The notes under the pieces were generated by a model, which had not been told where the DNA came from, searched no databases, and saw only the letters and a list, made by a program, of their open reading frames with translations. Made by a program: the position numbers and the translations under genes. A stretch of 63,904 bases of DNA, the filler included, from Octopus bimaculoides (lineage: Eukaryota): assembly GCF_001194135.2 (NCBI RefSeq). It is 3 parts of 2 records of this genome, joined end to end, with 100 filler letters (N's around TTAATTAATTAA, not from the genome) between each part and the next. Parts side by side here need not be neighbours in the genome. Positions count along the whole stretch, not along the records: positions 37,111 to 63,904 come from NC_068983.1; 2 more parts are not named here. One strand, written 5' to 3'. Positions within the stretch are counted from its first letter, which is position 1. Every line of letters begins with the position of its first letter. Below are positions 37,827-51,160 of this stretch, one piece after another.

Positions 37827-38280
37827 ATACACACACTTTAGTCCAGAATGATTGATACGAAATGATTTGCATTCTGTTGAAGTTACAACACTTATGACGA
37901 TTTATATGTCTATAAATAGCAGTAATGACGACAGCAGATAAAACTACTACTAGATGTTGATGATGATGATGATGATGAGGATGATGATGATAATAATAAT
38001 GGTTCCAAATTTTGCCGCATGGGTAGCATTTTTGGAGGAGGGTATGAGTCGATTATATCGACCGCGGTGTTCAACTGGTACTTATTTTAACGACCTCGAA
38101 GCAGTGAAAAACAAAGGCTCTCCTCGGCAGAATTTGAACCCAGAACGAAGCGACGGCCGAAATAGCGATAAGCGTTTCGTCGAGTGCGCTTACGATTCTG
38201 CCAGCTTACCGCCTCAATAAAAATATTGAGTGAAATACTACAGAAAAAAGGTCGGGGTATGATCTGGGTAGAAGTCAATG

Positions 38281-39050
38281 AAAACTAAACCACTTGCTCT
38301 TCATGGACGACCTGAAGCTATTCACAAAATCTGAGGTAGAGCTAGACAGCCCGGTCTAGTCTGTGCGGATTTTCTCTAATGATATTAAGATAGAGTTTCG
38401 ACTCTCAAAATGTGCTACGATGGAGATGAAACGAGGAAAGCTTGCCAGGACAGAAGGAATATGGTTGCCAAGTGTTAGAATGATGAAGGTAATTCAACTT
38501 CAATCCAACTACAAATACCTTGGAATACTTGAGGCAGATGGGATCAAACACCACGATATGAAGGAAAAGACAAAAAAGAGAGAACCTGCGGCGAGTGAGC
38601 AAAATATGCTTCAAAGCTGAATACCAGAAACATAATTTCGGCAATAAACTTGCGCACAGTCTCAATAGTTCGGTATGGTGCTGGAATCTTGAAATGGACA
38701 GAGGAGGAATTAAAGGAGATGGGCAGGAAGTCAAGAAAGTTCCAAACGATGCATGAAGCCTACCATTCACGTGCAAACGCTGATCGCTAATACATAAAGA
38801 GAACAAATGGAGGAAGGGGACTGATAAGTGTGGAAGACTGAGTGCGTATCGAACTCGAGAGCTTAATGAGATATCTAGCCCAAAGTAAGAAAACCTTGCT
38901 TGTGACAGTTAGGAACGAGGGATTATTAAGAGCAGAGAAAAAAAAGGGAAAATAAAGGAAAAAGTACAAAAAGGGACATGAAGAAGAATTACGTAAGAAG
39001 GGACTACACGATCAATTCCATGTAGCCACAACAGAAGTTGCAGGAACTAT
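38281..39050 (+). mobile_element. R4/Dong-like LINE, RT C-terminal fragment
   Basis: LNHLLFMDDLKLF, IKIEFRLSKCAT, YKYLGILEAD, VRYGAGILKWT, RTNGGRGLISVED, KGLHDQF; stops and frameshifts. Confidence 0.9.
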
Positions 39051-39059
39051 TTTTAGATA

Positions 39060-40007
39060 TTCTTTCTGATAAATGACAAGAAATATTTCTCAATGGCAAA
39101 TACCCAAAGAGAGTTAATAATGTCGATGTTGACAAAGCCCTTACCCATCAATGGTTAGTGTTTTCTGGCTTAAATTCAGAAACAGATGGGTTTATTATAG
39201 CAGCCCAAGATCAATGACTACCTACAAAGTACTACTACCAGGCCAACAGTAAAGAACGGCAGTAGTCGAACATGTCGTGTATGTATACAGCAAAATGAAA
39301 CTATTGACCATGTCTCTTTTTGTGCCTACAGAGAATCTCAACAGCCATGATAGATAAGTACAATATATTCACTGGGTAATTTGCAAAATCCTGGACCTGC
39401 CCCATGATAAAAACTGCTGGGAATACAGACCACCTCCAGTGCTTGAAAAGAATCACATCTCACCTCTGTAACTTCATAGTTTAAATTGACAGAAAGATAG
39501 ACGCAAATAAGCCAGACATTATATTGAAAGACTTTAGACAAAAATCATGCCTCCTCATTGATATGACTGTCCCAATCGATATAAATGTATCTGTCAAGAC
39601 CTACCAAAGACTGAGCAAGTATAAAGATCTTGAAATATAAATTGGCAAAATGTGGAACCTCAAGACGAAAACGATACCTATTGTCATAGGTATCCTAGGA
39701 ATGATAGCAAAAGGAGCTGATTGCTACCTATCTCAGCTACCAGGAAACCTTAAAATGGCAGATATTCAAAAGATATTGCTCATGGGATTGCCCATATCCT
39801 ACGTAAAATACTGTCATTGTGATCTCAAATTTTAAGACAAACTCATAATTGTCTTGTTTTCTTAAACATTCTCTAGAACAATAGCATGTGCAAAACCAAA
39901 AATATGGCACCCTAGGCATGACACCAACATGAACTTATAACTTACCTCTTGAGGTCTCTGGGTGAGAATTGGAGTGAACTTGTACAAATACAAAGCAAAA
40001 GTCAAAC

Positions 40008-40040
<33 letters not shown>
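39060..40040 (+). mobile_element. Second R4/Dong-like LINE 3' end (CCHC knuckle, RLE endonuclease, 3' UTR, (TAA)n tail)
   Basis: SETDGFIIAAQDQ, CRVCIQQNETIDHV, HDR*VQYIHW, ANKPDIIL...LLIDMTVP...KYKDLEI...IPIVIGILG; tail at about 40010-40040. Confidence 0.9.
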
Positions 40041-40042
<2 letters not shown>

Positions 40043-41339
40043 GCAATACTTGAACCAGATCGAAATAATAATAACAATTTTGGTCCCAAGACAGTACGTT
40101 TGTCAAATGGGCGTAACTCGACTACAACGACGCCAGTACTCAACTGGTTCTTATTTTATCAAATCCGAAAACATGGAAGGCAGATTCGAACCTCAGTGAC
40201 ATTTGAACGCAGGACAAAGACGGATGAAATGCTGCCACTTTGACCGGCGTGCAAACGGCTCTGCCAGATTGCCGCCTATTAGAACTTTTTTTTTTTTTGC
40301 TAGTGTACAGAAGTGCGCTAAAGTCAATGATGGTAATGCGAAGAAAGGGCCATAATCCGCTAGTTTTTGCATTTAGTAAACAAAGGAAAATGGCAAGCCA
40401 AAAGAAGGTAAAGCAAGCAGGAATTAGGGTCAGCGACAGAATCCCAAAGTTCTTAGATTACTATGAATCCCAATAGTAATTCCCTCCTCCTCTTGTCCTT
40501 TTTCGCTATTGGCTTTTGGTTAGAATGACCTTTATTTGTAAACGACTTAAGAGAAAGAGCTTAAAAGTGAATCCTAGTGGAATAAATGTTTATATGATTC
40601 AGATTAGAAAAATGCACCGAAGTAACCTTGTCACTCGGAACATTATTTGTGAACATTGCTATCATATTAGATATAATTATAACATAAACAATGATAAGAG
40701 AATTACATCAAATCCTGATTATAAACACGAAGGACACAATGATACAAAAACACACAAAAAACATCAGGAAAGACTGTTACAGACGCATAAGATTAATATT
40801 TTAAACTGAGAGAAAGCAATCACTGACGTAATACACCAGTCTGCTCATTAATATATTATAGTTATTATATTCAAATCTAGATGTTATATGAAGTAGCGAG
40901 AGTTGAGTACAAGACCAAAAAAAAAAAAAAAGCCTGAATTAAGAACACAGTATCGAAGCTAGGTAAACAAATTATATATTTGCCACAAATATAAGGAGTA
41001 ACTGTAATTATGAAGCTAGAATGTTTTCACACTAGATCTACAGAACCGTTTAATAAAGGCTAACAGAAAAATAATTCAAATAGTTACAAAAGTCGAGTAA
41101 AAGCTGGTCTTCTGTCGTCATGGTATAGGCATATATAATAGGGGATGCAATGGCCGAGATATTGCAGAGGTAAGAGAAAAATGAAAACTTAAATAATGAA
41201 AGGTAACTAAGGAAACATTGAGGTTTCTTGATAAAATAAAAGCAAGGAAAGGTCGAAAATGGCAAATAACTGAAGGAAATAATATAAAATAATCGAAACA
41301 AAACAAGACAAACCATTTGTTTCATCGAAAAGTAAATAG

Positions 41340-41447
41340 AAAAGAATTAAGACCAGTTCAAAATTCTTAAAACAAGGAATCAACCAGAGAGATTCCTTAT
41401 CCTGTCTAATCTTCTGCCGAGCTGATTCCATTAACAAATCAATTAAG
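41340..41447 (+). mobile_element. Highly degraded non-LTR RT fragment
   Basis: LKQGINQRDSLSCLIFC resembles the GIxQGDSLSPLLFC motif. Confidence 0.5.
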
Positions 41448-42243
41448 TAACATCCCTAATGTGGCAAGCAGACAGAATCGAGACCATGCTGGAGACAATG
41501 CTTAGTGGCGTTTTTCCCGGCTTTAATTTCTGAGTTCAATTGCTGCTGGGGATCACTTTGTCTTTCGTCATTTCGGGTTCGTTAAAATGAGCACCAACTG
41601 ACCACTAAGATTTTATGTAATCGACTTGCACGCTTCTATCAAATTGCTGGTCTTATGCCAAAATATGAAACCGATTAAAGGACATACTTCACTGTATGAA
41701 AACGTTTCAGACAAATTATAAACATATTCTTCAATATGAATAACTTTTCAAAATATTTGGAAGGGTTCATGTTCATACTACTAATTTTTTTACATAAATT
41801 CCAGCAACCTATTAAAAGTCAGTATGGGGTTAGATAGATATGGCAAAGGTACAGAACTAAATGAGAGTAATTGTCTCAGACAAAATTTAAACGGTTGATA
41901 AAAATGTTTTAGATAAAAATAATTCTATATACTCAGGCCTATTCCCCATTTTTCTAGGAGAGGGTCACCACAAGACACAGAACAGGCATATCATTCATTT
42001 CCCATCTCCTGGGTATGACTATAAGCTATTTCCGGGAGTGGGACCCTGGAGCCCTGGTTTCCGGATTTGAGGAGTGTGGAACCGATCTTCGCCACTATTG
42101 TTTGCAGGTCTACTCTAGCCTGGAGTGGTAGTACCTGTAAGGGTCCCAGATATAGGTTAACTAGCAAACATCCCTGCAACTGGGGTGAGGGTTTGCAATC
42201 TGTGAGATAGCAACTCAGGGTGTGTGTGTATGTATGTGTCTAT

Positions 42244-42277
<34 letters not shown>

Positions 42278-42349
42278 CTATGCATCTACGTGTGTGTGTA
42301 TGTATGTATGTATATGTATTATATATGTATTATATATGTATATGTGTAT

Positions 42350-42732
42350 GTATTCGTGGCACTCCGTCGGTTACGACGACGAGCGTTCCAATTGATCCGA
42401 TCAACGGAACAGCCTGCCCATGAAATTAACGTGCAAATGGCTGAGTACTCCACAGACACATGTACCCTTAAAGTAGTTCTCGGGGAGATTCAGCGTGACA
42501 CAGAATGTGACAAGGCTGGCCCTTTGAAATGCAGGTAGAAGAGAAACAAGAAGAAAGAGCAAGAGAAAGTTGTAGTGAATGTGTACAGCAGCGTTCACCA
42601 CCACCCCTTGCCAGATCCTCGTGTAGATTTAGTTGTTTTCGTGCAATAAACACTCACAACGCCCGGTCTGGGAATTGAAACCACGATCCAATGACCGTGA
42701 GCCCGCTGCCCTAACCAGTAGGCCATTGCGCC
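42350..42732 (-). mobile_element. tRNA-derived SINE, family D
   Basis: Reverse complement of 2269-2630. Confidence 0.85.
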
Positions 42733-42843
42733 TCTACATGTATATGTATTATATACACCATGTCTAGTACTTCAATACTGAGTACTTGTCGTCTGATTTT
42801 ACTCATTCTTCATCTCTTAACTTAACTTGACATCTTTGGTTTT

Positions 42844-43330
42844 GATGTACATTATTATGCACACGATCATTAAGCTCTGTAGTCACTCCATACCTTTTCT
42901 TCTCTGATGGACACTTAAAATAGATCTGCCAGACAATATAAGCAATAGCAACAACTGGTTGAATGATCACTGCTTCAAATTAAACAGCAATGAATCATAA
43001 ATCATAGCTTTTCCACCTACCGACCACTACTAATTCATTAGCGAAACCATCCATCTTAACGGTACAAATACACCTATCTCTCAGGAGACAAACAAGTCTT
43101 TGTATTATATTAGTTAAATACATGTCAACTAACTGGGGAGTGATTTCTGTTCTGCTCTACGTGACATAAGAAATATCAGGAAGGAAGTGACTATTGATCA
43201 GACTAAAATTCTCGTTAATTATATCCGTATTCCAAAAATTAACTCCAGTAATTCTCCGTTGCCTGAAGCCATTCACCCACCCACAAACACACCAAAAAAG
43301 AAATCTACGCACTAATAAAAGCTTCATATG
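42844..43330 (+). mobile_element. Ancient L2-clade LINE RT remnant
   Basis: DVHYYAHD (YADD motif), WLNDHCFKLNSNES, and FCSALRDIRNIRKEVTIDQTKILVNYIRIPKINSSNSPL, comparable to L2 FFxLRNIxxIRxxLTxxATKxLVxALVxSRLDYCNSLL. Confidence 0.65.
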
Positions 43331-43417
43331 GTTGATCAATTCGTTAGAAACAGGAACGAATTCACTTTCAAGTATTTTACCGCTGTGCTAGGTAAATGAG
43401 AATATAACGTTAGATAC

Positions 43418-43773
43418 TTTTCTACTCTAGGCACAAGGCCTGAAATTTTTTTGGCGGGAGGCCAGTTGATTAGATCGACACAAGTACGTAACTGGTACTT
43501 CATTTATCGACCCCGAAAGAATGAAAGACAAAGTCAACCTCGGCGGAATTTGAACTCAGAAGGTAAAGACAGACAAAATACCGCTAAGCATTTCGCCCGG
43601 CGTGCTAACGATTCTGCCAGCTCGCCGCCTATAACGTTAAATACTGAAACAAGACTGTTACCAATATAATATCTTCAATCGTAGGGCGGCCGGCTGGCAG
43701 AAACGTTAGCACGCCGGGCGAAATGCGATATTTCGTCTGTCTTTACGGTCTGAGTTCAAATTCCGCCGAGGTC
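43418..43773. mobile_element. Divergent pair of family A SINEs (43418-43630 minus, with TSD; 43685-43773 plus, 3'-truncated)
   Basis: TSD tataacgtta(g/a)atact flanks the first copy; the heads form about 90-bp inverted arms about 55 bp apart. Confidence 0.85.
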
Positions 43774-44204
43774 TCATGTTCTGAAGAGAGGTTGTTTTAC
43801 TAAAGCACGAATATAGAAAAACCAGTTTCCATAGAAGAATTGTCCATTGTAGCAATGCCAGTTTGGTTTATATTTCTCTGTTGTCAATAACAACCATCCA
43901 AACAGGAAATTAGAAATAGCATTTATTACCTCAAATGTTACTCAGAGAAATATATTACTCTGAATTGTTGTTCGCTACCAAATGATGAGGAATACTAAAA
44001 TAACTTTCCTTTAAAACTAAAAAAATGCAAACAGAACAAAGAGTTTACAAAAGCTAGAGACATTTATTTCAATATTTTGCTGAGAATAATCTTAAAAAGA
44101 CAGGGATGGACGTCACTTGTTTTCATTAATGTAAGTGAGGAAAATATTTTCAAATTTCAGAACTAATGCAGTTTACAGTTTTTCGATTCATACATTACTT
44201 TTAT

Positions 44205-44398
44205 TGCTATCATCATCATCATCATCGTCGTCGTTGTCATCATCATCATCATCGTCGTCGTCGTCGTCATCATCATCACCATCCTCCTCCTTCTCGTCAT
44301 CATCATCATCAGTATTCTCGTCGTGATCGACATCACCATCCTCGTTCTCATCATCATCATCATCATCATTATCATCGTCGTCATCATCATCACCATCG

Positions 44399-44459
<61 letters not shown>

Positions 44460-44690
44460 CGTTATAATCATCATCATCTTCGTAATCATCACTACCAGCA
44501 CCAACACTACAACTTCCACAACTACCTCCCCCACCATCACAATCTTGAATAGTAGCATCAGCAGCTCCAGCACTAATACAACCACCACCACCACCACTGT
44601 GATGATCATCATCACTACCATTTGAACCACCAGGACGATCATAATTATCATCATCATCACCATCATCATCATCGTCGTCACCGACCTCCA
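44205..44690. repeat. Degenerate (CAT/CGT/CAC)n trinucleotide tract
   Basis: Source of the poly-His, poly-Asp, poly-Met and poly-Ile ORFs in several frames. Confidence 0.95.
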
Positions 44691-44814
44691 ATAAATGTAC
44701 AGCTTATTTACAGAAAGAAGGAATAAGCATAAATTACTGAATGGTCAGACAGAAACACTAAATCAAAAGAAAGAAGAACAAATAAATGATTTATAAATAA
44801 ACGAAATGACGACG

Positions 44815-44871
44815 ATAATAATAATAATGATAATAATAATAATAATAATAATAACAATAATAATAATAATA

Positions 44872-44915
<44 letters not shown>

Positions 44916-45058
44916 GTTGATAATAATAACTATGAACAATGTTAAGAAAAAGTGATGATGACGACGACGACGACGACGATGCCGATGATGATGATGGTGA
45001 TAGTGATGGTGATGGAGATGATGTTACTGCTTAGTGATGCTGCTGCTACTAGTACTGC

Positions 45059-45103
<45 letters not shown>

Positions 45104-45185
45104 GACGGAAGAAGAAGAAGAAGAAGAAGAAGAAGAAGAAGAAGAAGAAGAAGAAGAAGAAGAAGAAGAAGAAGAAGAAGAAGAA
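44815..45185. repeat. Compound microsatellites: (AAT)n/(ATT)n fold-back, (GAT/GAC)n, (AAT)n, (GAA)26
   Basis: Direct reading; GAA run at 45108-45185. Confidence 0.95.
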
Positions 45186-45794
45186 CTTTGTTGTCAAATA
45201 TTGCAGGAAAAAACAAGAAAAACCGCTACAACCTCGGTTATACGTCCGAGGATTATGAAAAGATTATCTTGTCACAGTTCACACCTCTTACTATTTTCAG
45301 CATTTCATTTATTTCTCTCCACGTTCTTATACATTTTACATATGATCTGAAGTCTAAATCAACCTTCTAGATTTAGGCACAAACATCAGTGACTCGTTGA
45401 ACCTATTATATTAACCTTAACCTGACTTGTCAGCCATTTTCATTTATCTAACTCAATAGGTTATTTCAACACTAAATCTAATTGGCTTCTTGCTGTTTTC
45501 TGAATACAAAACTCTTTCAAATTGATAGTTTAATTTCTATTACTAAGCAAAGAGTAATTGTAAAATCTGTCAACCTACAGCTTCTGTTTTCTATTTATTT
45601 CTCCTCAAAATCATCTTGGTTTTATTTGTTTCCTTCTTCTTGGCTGTTTTTGACTTCGTTTTTAATTTAAGATATATATCCTGCAAAGTACACTGTCTTT
45701 CGTATGTAATAAGCTTTTTCAAAGTATGGCGGATTGATATCTAAAATATGTCAGTGATACAGAATGAAAGAGTTTTAGATTTTTCTCCCATAGG

Positions 45795-46416
45795 CGAAGG
45801 CGTGGCTGTGGGGTTACGAATCTCGATTTGCAGCCAGGTAGTTTCGGGGTTCAATTCAGTCCCATTGTGCAGCACATGCGACGAGTGCCCTTCTAATATA
45901 GTCACAAATCGACAAACGGCGTGTAGAATTTAGAAGGCGGAAACTATGTTGTATATATATATATNNNNNNNNNNNNNNNNNNNNNNNNNNNNNNNNNNNN
46001 NNNNNNNNNNNNNNNNNNNNNNNNNNNNNNNNNNNNNNNNNNNNNNNNNNNNNNNNNNNNNNNNNNNNNNNNNNNNNNNNNNNNNNNNNNNNNNNNNNNN
46101 NNNNNNNNNNNNNNNNNNNNNNNNNNNNNNNNNNNNNNNNNNNNNNNNNNNNNNNNNNNNNNNNNNNNNNNNNNNNNNNNNNNNNNNNNNNNNNNNNNNN
46201 NNNNNNNNNNNNNNNNNNNNNNNNNNNNNNNNNNNNNNNNNNNNNNNNNNNNNNNNNNNNNNNNNNNNNNNNNNNNNNNNNNNNNNNNNNNNNNNNNNNN
46301 NNNNNNNNNNNNNNNNNNNNNNNNNNNNNNNNNNNNNNNNNNNNNNNNNNNNNNNNNNNNNNNNNNNNNNNNNNNNNNNNNNNNNNNNNNNNNNNNNNNN
46401 NNNNNNNNNNNNNNNN

Positions 46417-46473
<57 letters not shown>

Positions 46474-47286
46474 ATGTGTGTGTATATGTGTGTGTGTCTG
46501 TGCTTGTCCTCCCAACATCGCTTGACATCGATGATGGTGTGTTTACGTCCCAGTAACCTAGCGGTTCCGCAAAAGACACCGATAGGATAAGTAGTAGGCT
46601 TACAAAGAATAAGTCTTGGGGTGGATTTGCTCGACCCCAGATGCTCCAGTATGGCCCTAGTCAAATGACTGAAACAAACGAAAGAGAGTAACATAAGGAA
46701 AATACTAACATGATTATCAAAGGTCGGAACTAAATTCAGGTAACTTTAAATAATTACCGTAGGGTCCTCGAGTCAGTCTCTTGCTACTGTGTCAGGGAGT
46801 AACTCGACGAAAACGCAATAGTACACAACCACACACACACACGCACACACACACACACACACACACGCACGCACACACATACACAAACACATAATTGTGT
46901 CTATTTACAGAAAGAGCAGGATAAGCTTTTAAAACATCAATGACGCTAATCAGTCAGACAAATATGTGACCCACTCAACTAGTATTCAATATCTTGATGA
47001 TGATTGATTCACATTAATTTCACAGAAGGCAAAGGCAACATTAAACACATTCGAATTAGGAGGCAATTTATCAAGCATAAATAATAAGAAATTGCATTGT
47101 AATAAATGTCAAGTATAGATCTGTTGATACTGAAAGAAGCCATTTTGTATATTTATTCCGCACGAAATCCTTGCTATGCCCCAAAATAGTGTTGATAATA
47201 CCCTGGGCAAGAGTCTTCTACTATAGCCTCAGGCCGACCAAATCCTTGCGAGTGGATTTGGTAGACGGAAACTGAAAGTAGCCTTT

Positions 47287-47321
<35 letters not shown>

Positions 47322-47950
47322 NNNNNNNNNNNNNNNNNNNNNNNNNNNNNNNNNNNNNNNNNNNNNNNNNNNNNNNNNNNNNNNNNNNNNNNNNNNNNNN
47401 NNNNNNNNNNNNNNNNNNNNNNNNNNNNNNNNNNNNNNNNNNNNNNNNNNNNNNNNNNNNNNNNNNNNNNNNNNNNNNNNNNNNNNNNNNNNNNNNNNNN
47501 NNNNNNNNNNNNNNNNNNNNNNNNNNNNNNNNNNNNNNNNNNNNNNNNNNNNNNNNNNNNNNNNNNNNNNNNNNNNNNNNNNNNNNNNNNNNNNNNNNNN
47601 NNNNNNNNNNNNNNNNNNNNNNNNNNNNNNNNNNNNNNNNNNNNNNNNNNNNNNNNNNNNNNNNNNNNNNNNNNNNNNNNNNNNNNNNNNNNNNNNNNNN
47701 NNNNNNNNNNNNNNNNNNNNNNNATATATATATACATGCATGCATATTTGTGCGTATATCTGTGCGTGTTCCCCCACCATCGCTTGACAACCGATGCTGG
47801 TGTGTTAACGTCCCCGTAACTTAGCGGTTCGGCAAAACAGACTGATATAATAAATACTAGGCTTACAACGAATAAGTCCTGGGGCCGTATTGTTCGACTA
47901 AAGGCGGTGCTCCAGCACGGTTGCGGTCAAATGACTGAAACATGTAAATA
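45795..47950 (+). mobile_element. Two family B SINEs whose central microsatellites span assembly gaps (about 45795-46690 and 47200-47950)
   Basis: In both cases the head lies before the gap, (TA)n/(TG)n flank the Ns, and the conserved tail follows. Confidence 0.8.
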
Positions 47951-48219
47951 AAATAAATGAAATATATGATGGAATCTTCCACCCTTCGGGGTGTTCCGTA
48001 TTTTTTTTTTTAATGACCTGCAGAAAGGATTTGTTTATAGTGATCAAATATGTATATGAGCTATGCATTCGCTCACTCCCTCCATCACATCAACGTTGCC
48101 TAAACAGGTGCTTAAGTCATTTGTTAAGTTTATCTCTATCGATTCTCTATATAAATTACAGCCAGAACTGACCTGTTGCTACTTTTCGTTAATTGGATGT
48201 ATATGCCGTATTTTCACAG

Positions 48220-48388
48220 AATTTTCTGATAATGAACGTATATGCCATAATTCAAGAGTTCAGGGTCCTTCAAGAGTACCCGTCCACACATTAACCACCC
48301 ACGGACTCATTCCTGAAATTGCTGCTAAATATAGTGGTTTAACATCAGATATACCAATTTTATATATTAAACCCATTCCTGGCAGCTG
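48220..48388 (+). CDS. Weak candidate internal exon, product unknown
   Basis: Acceptor gtattttcacag, donor TG|gtacgt, one open frame EFSDNERICHNSRVQGPSRVPVHTLTTHGLIPEIAAKYSGLTSDIPILYIKPIPGSW; not recognised, and opposite in strand to the 55.5-kb exon. Confidence 0.3.
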
Positions 48389-48545
48389 GTACGTAAATAT
48401 TAATGATTTGTAGGGACACGGTATTTTGTTATGCAACCATGATATGCTACAAAGTATATTGAACTCTTTATAAGTCAATACTGCGTTCTACTGTGTTAGC
48501 AGTACGTTTTACATCACTTGTTAAGGTTATCTCTCTAGATTCTCA

Positions 48546-48707
48546 GGTGTTCTCGGAACCTGCACTAGTGATTTCCTCCGTAAAATCGGGGTAACTGAAG
48601 CCTCTCTCAGATATGAGCGCTACGTGGTGGATCGGCTGCTGCAGCGATTGTCGCTACCTATTCGCCGCGGCAACGCCATTGCGGTCATAAATGCAGGGCG
48701 CAGCTGA
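48546..48707 (+). mobile_element. C-terminus of a CRE-clade non-LTR retrotransposon
   Basis: GVLGTCTSDFLRKIGVTEASLRYERYVVDRLLQRLSLPIRRGNAIAVINAGRS*, matching the CRE end motif ETxGxxG...FLxxLG...LxQRLSxAIQRGNAxxV; a GC-rich island in AT-rich DNA. Confidence 0.75.
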
Positions 48708-49559
48708 TCATTTTATTTGTTCTGTAGTGTGTGATCCTCCGTCTTCTGCTCCTCGCTCCTTCCTTTTTCATTTTTTGCTTTCTGTTTCTTTATTCCTTTG
48801 CGTTTAAATGTTATAATTTAAAATGTGATCATTTGGTTTATTAAATAAAATACTAAACGTACAAGTATTCCTTTGGATCAATGAGATTTAAAACGAAACT
48901 TTCGCTTCTAAATAATAGTTGTAACAATAGATTTCTATACTCTATTAGATTTTCAATTTTCCACCCTGAAATAATAGATTACAGTAAGCAAAGTCTGTTA
49001 AACTATATTAAAGTTAATACAAACGGCATAATATTCTGATACCACAACATAAGAAATTACAGACAGAAAATATAGAGAAAAAAAGCAAGTGAAGTGCGTT
49101 GCTGTAGTCTTTGATATAATCGTGTTTACTCCGTAATGATATCAAATTGTTGTTCCGTAATTTGTTTTTAGTTCAGATTTCTTTATAAATTTTCATTATA
49201 TTCAGATAATAGCTGGCAAATATATACAAATCAATCCCATATAATAATGTAACAAATATCAATTATGAATGAAACTTTCTTATCATTAACTTCGATGTTT
49301 TAGTGGTTTGTTTCGCTTTGTGATACTTACGTAACAATACTTCTTTACGTTATCGCATTATATATATATATATATATNNNNNNNNNNNNNNNNNNNNNNN
49401 NNNNNNNNNNNNNNNNNNNNNNNNNNNNNNNNNNNNNNNNNNNNNNNNNNNNNNNNNNNNNNNNNNNNNNNNNNNNNNNNNNNNNNNNNNNNNNNNNNNN
49501 NNNNNNNNNNNNNNNNNNNNNNNNNNNNNNNNNNNNNNNNNNNNNNNNNNNNNNNNNNN

Positions 49560-49603
<44 letters not shown>

Positions 49604-49627
49604 ATGTATATATATATATGTGTGTGT

Positions 49628-49661
<34 letters not shown>

Positions 49662-50911
49662 CTGTGTGCGTGTGTCTGTGTATCTATATAGGACAGATAT
49701 ATTTTACTGTCTTTGGTTAAGTGTTCTATTTCTTGGAAAATAAACATTATTATCTAAATAATTACATTTCAGCTCTAAAATATTAAGATACATCTGATAT
49801 TACATATTCCTTTGAGCATTTGAATTTCATCTCGAATTTATTTTCTTCTTGAATAGATATCTTGATATTACTTATAGATATATAAATACACGTAGACTTG
49901 CTGCGAAGATTGCTTTGGGTTAAAAATCAAGTTAGCATTACTTAGAGAGCATCAGGAAATCAGCTATCAGAATTTCGAAATTTTCTTATACTCTCTTCAT
50001 GTCTGGACATTTATACATTCTATTTTCATTTAAGTGCTAAAATCTGTAACAGTATTAAGTCAGACAAATGTTATTGGATGGTTGTGAATAAAACCCAATG
50101 CAAATGATAACAGCAACAAACTAGAAAATAAGCATTGAAGATATGAAAATGTAGGCATAGTTAAAAAACAATATATACAATTCAGTAAGCACACTCTACC
50201 CGTGGGTGAGAGGCAACGTTATTGTAGGGTATGTTTAGATTCTTGTCCAAGAACGGACAACATGTGTGCTTATATATATATATATATATGAAAGTACAGG
50301 TGAGAATATAAACATCGGAGGGATGAATATATTCAAGATTATACTAGTTGAATACCTAACAATAAAGGCACACACATATATATTATTAATTTTATTATAA
50401 GCCAAGAGAGAAGATGTAGATAAGATTAATACAACTTTATTGATACATTGACAAGACCAGACCTACAATTGTTTCTGTTCAGCATAAAATCAACCAAATT
50501 TAAATGAAATTAAATAGATCAATTTAGCTAATTACTACAAGTGAGAATAGTTTCAGGGAAGGACGTACAAAAAAATTTAACATATTTAAAACATAATGAA
50601 AACATAAAAACAGAAAGAACACAGTTTACCATTAAAGTTAAACATATATACCTTAATAAAAATAGACATAATAAAAATAGATATTAATAAGAATACTTAT
50701 AGTCATAAATTAATGTAGATAATATTAATGAAAATGCAAACATACCCATGCAAAACTATGTATAATGGTGTTAGGTACAAAAACATTACTCACATAATTT
50801 AATAAGCGATCTATTACTTTTATTTACATATCACCATTATCCATTATATTTTTGCATGGGTATATCTGCTTTATCATTATTATTATCTATATCAATTTAT
50901 GACTATAATTA

Positions 50912-51160
50912 TTTTTTACCTCCGCCATGGAAGGAGGTTATGTTTTCATCGGCGTTGGTTTGTCCGTCTGTTCTTCTGTGTGCACAATAACTAAAAACGT
51001 TGAGAATGATATTTGATGAAACTTGCAGGAAAAGTTGGTATTGACACAAGGAACAGATGATGAAATTTTGGTAGTGATCCAGGAATTTTTATGGATTCTT
51101 AAAGGATATTTGATTTGTTATATTTATTTTACATGAAGTATTACAATGTTAGCTTTCGAA
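50912..51160 (+). mobile_element. Helentron-associated non-autonomous element (HINE/DINE-like), 5' part
   Basis: T-run, then acctccgccatggaaggaggt (acctcc/ggaggt hairpin), tatgttttcatcggcgttggtttgtccgtctgt and gaaacttg...aaattttggtagtgatccaggaat; the 3' palindrome is missing. Confidence 0.65.

Noticed and set aside
44163-44691. Poly-Asp or poly-His protein (e.g. biomineralisation-type acidic protein)
   Set aside because: Trinucleotide microsatellite open in several frames on both strands; no signal peptide or splice support.
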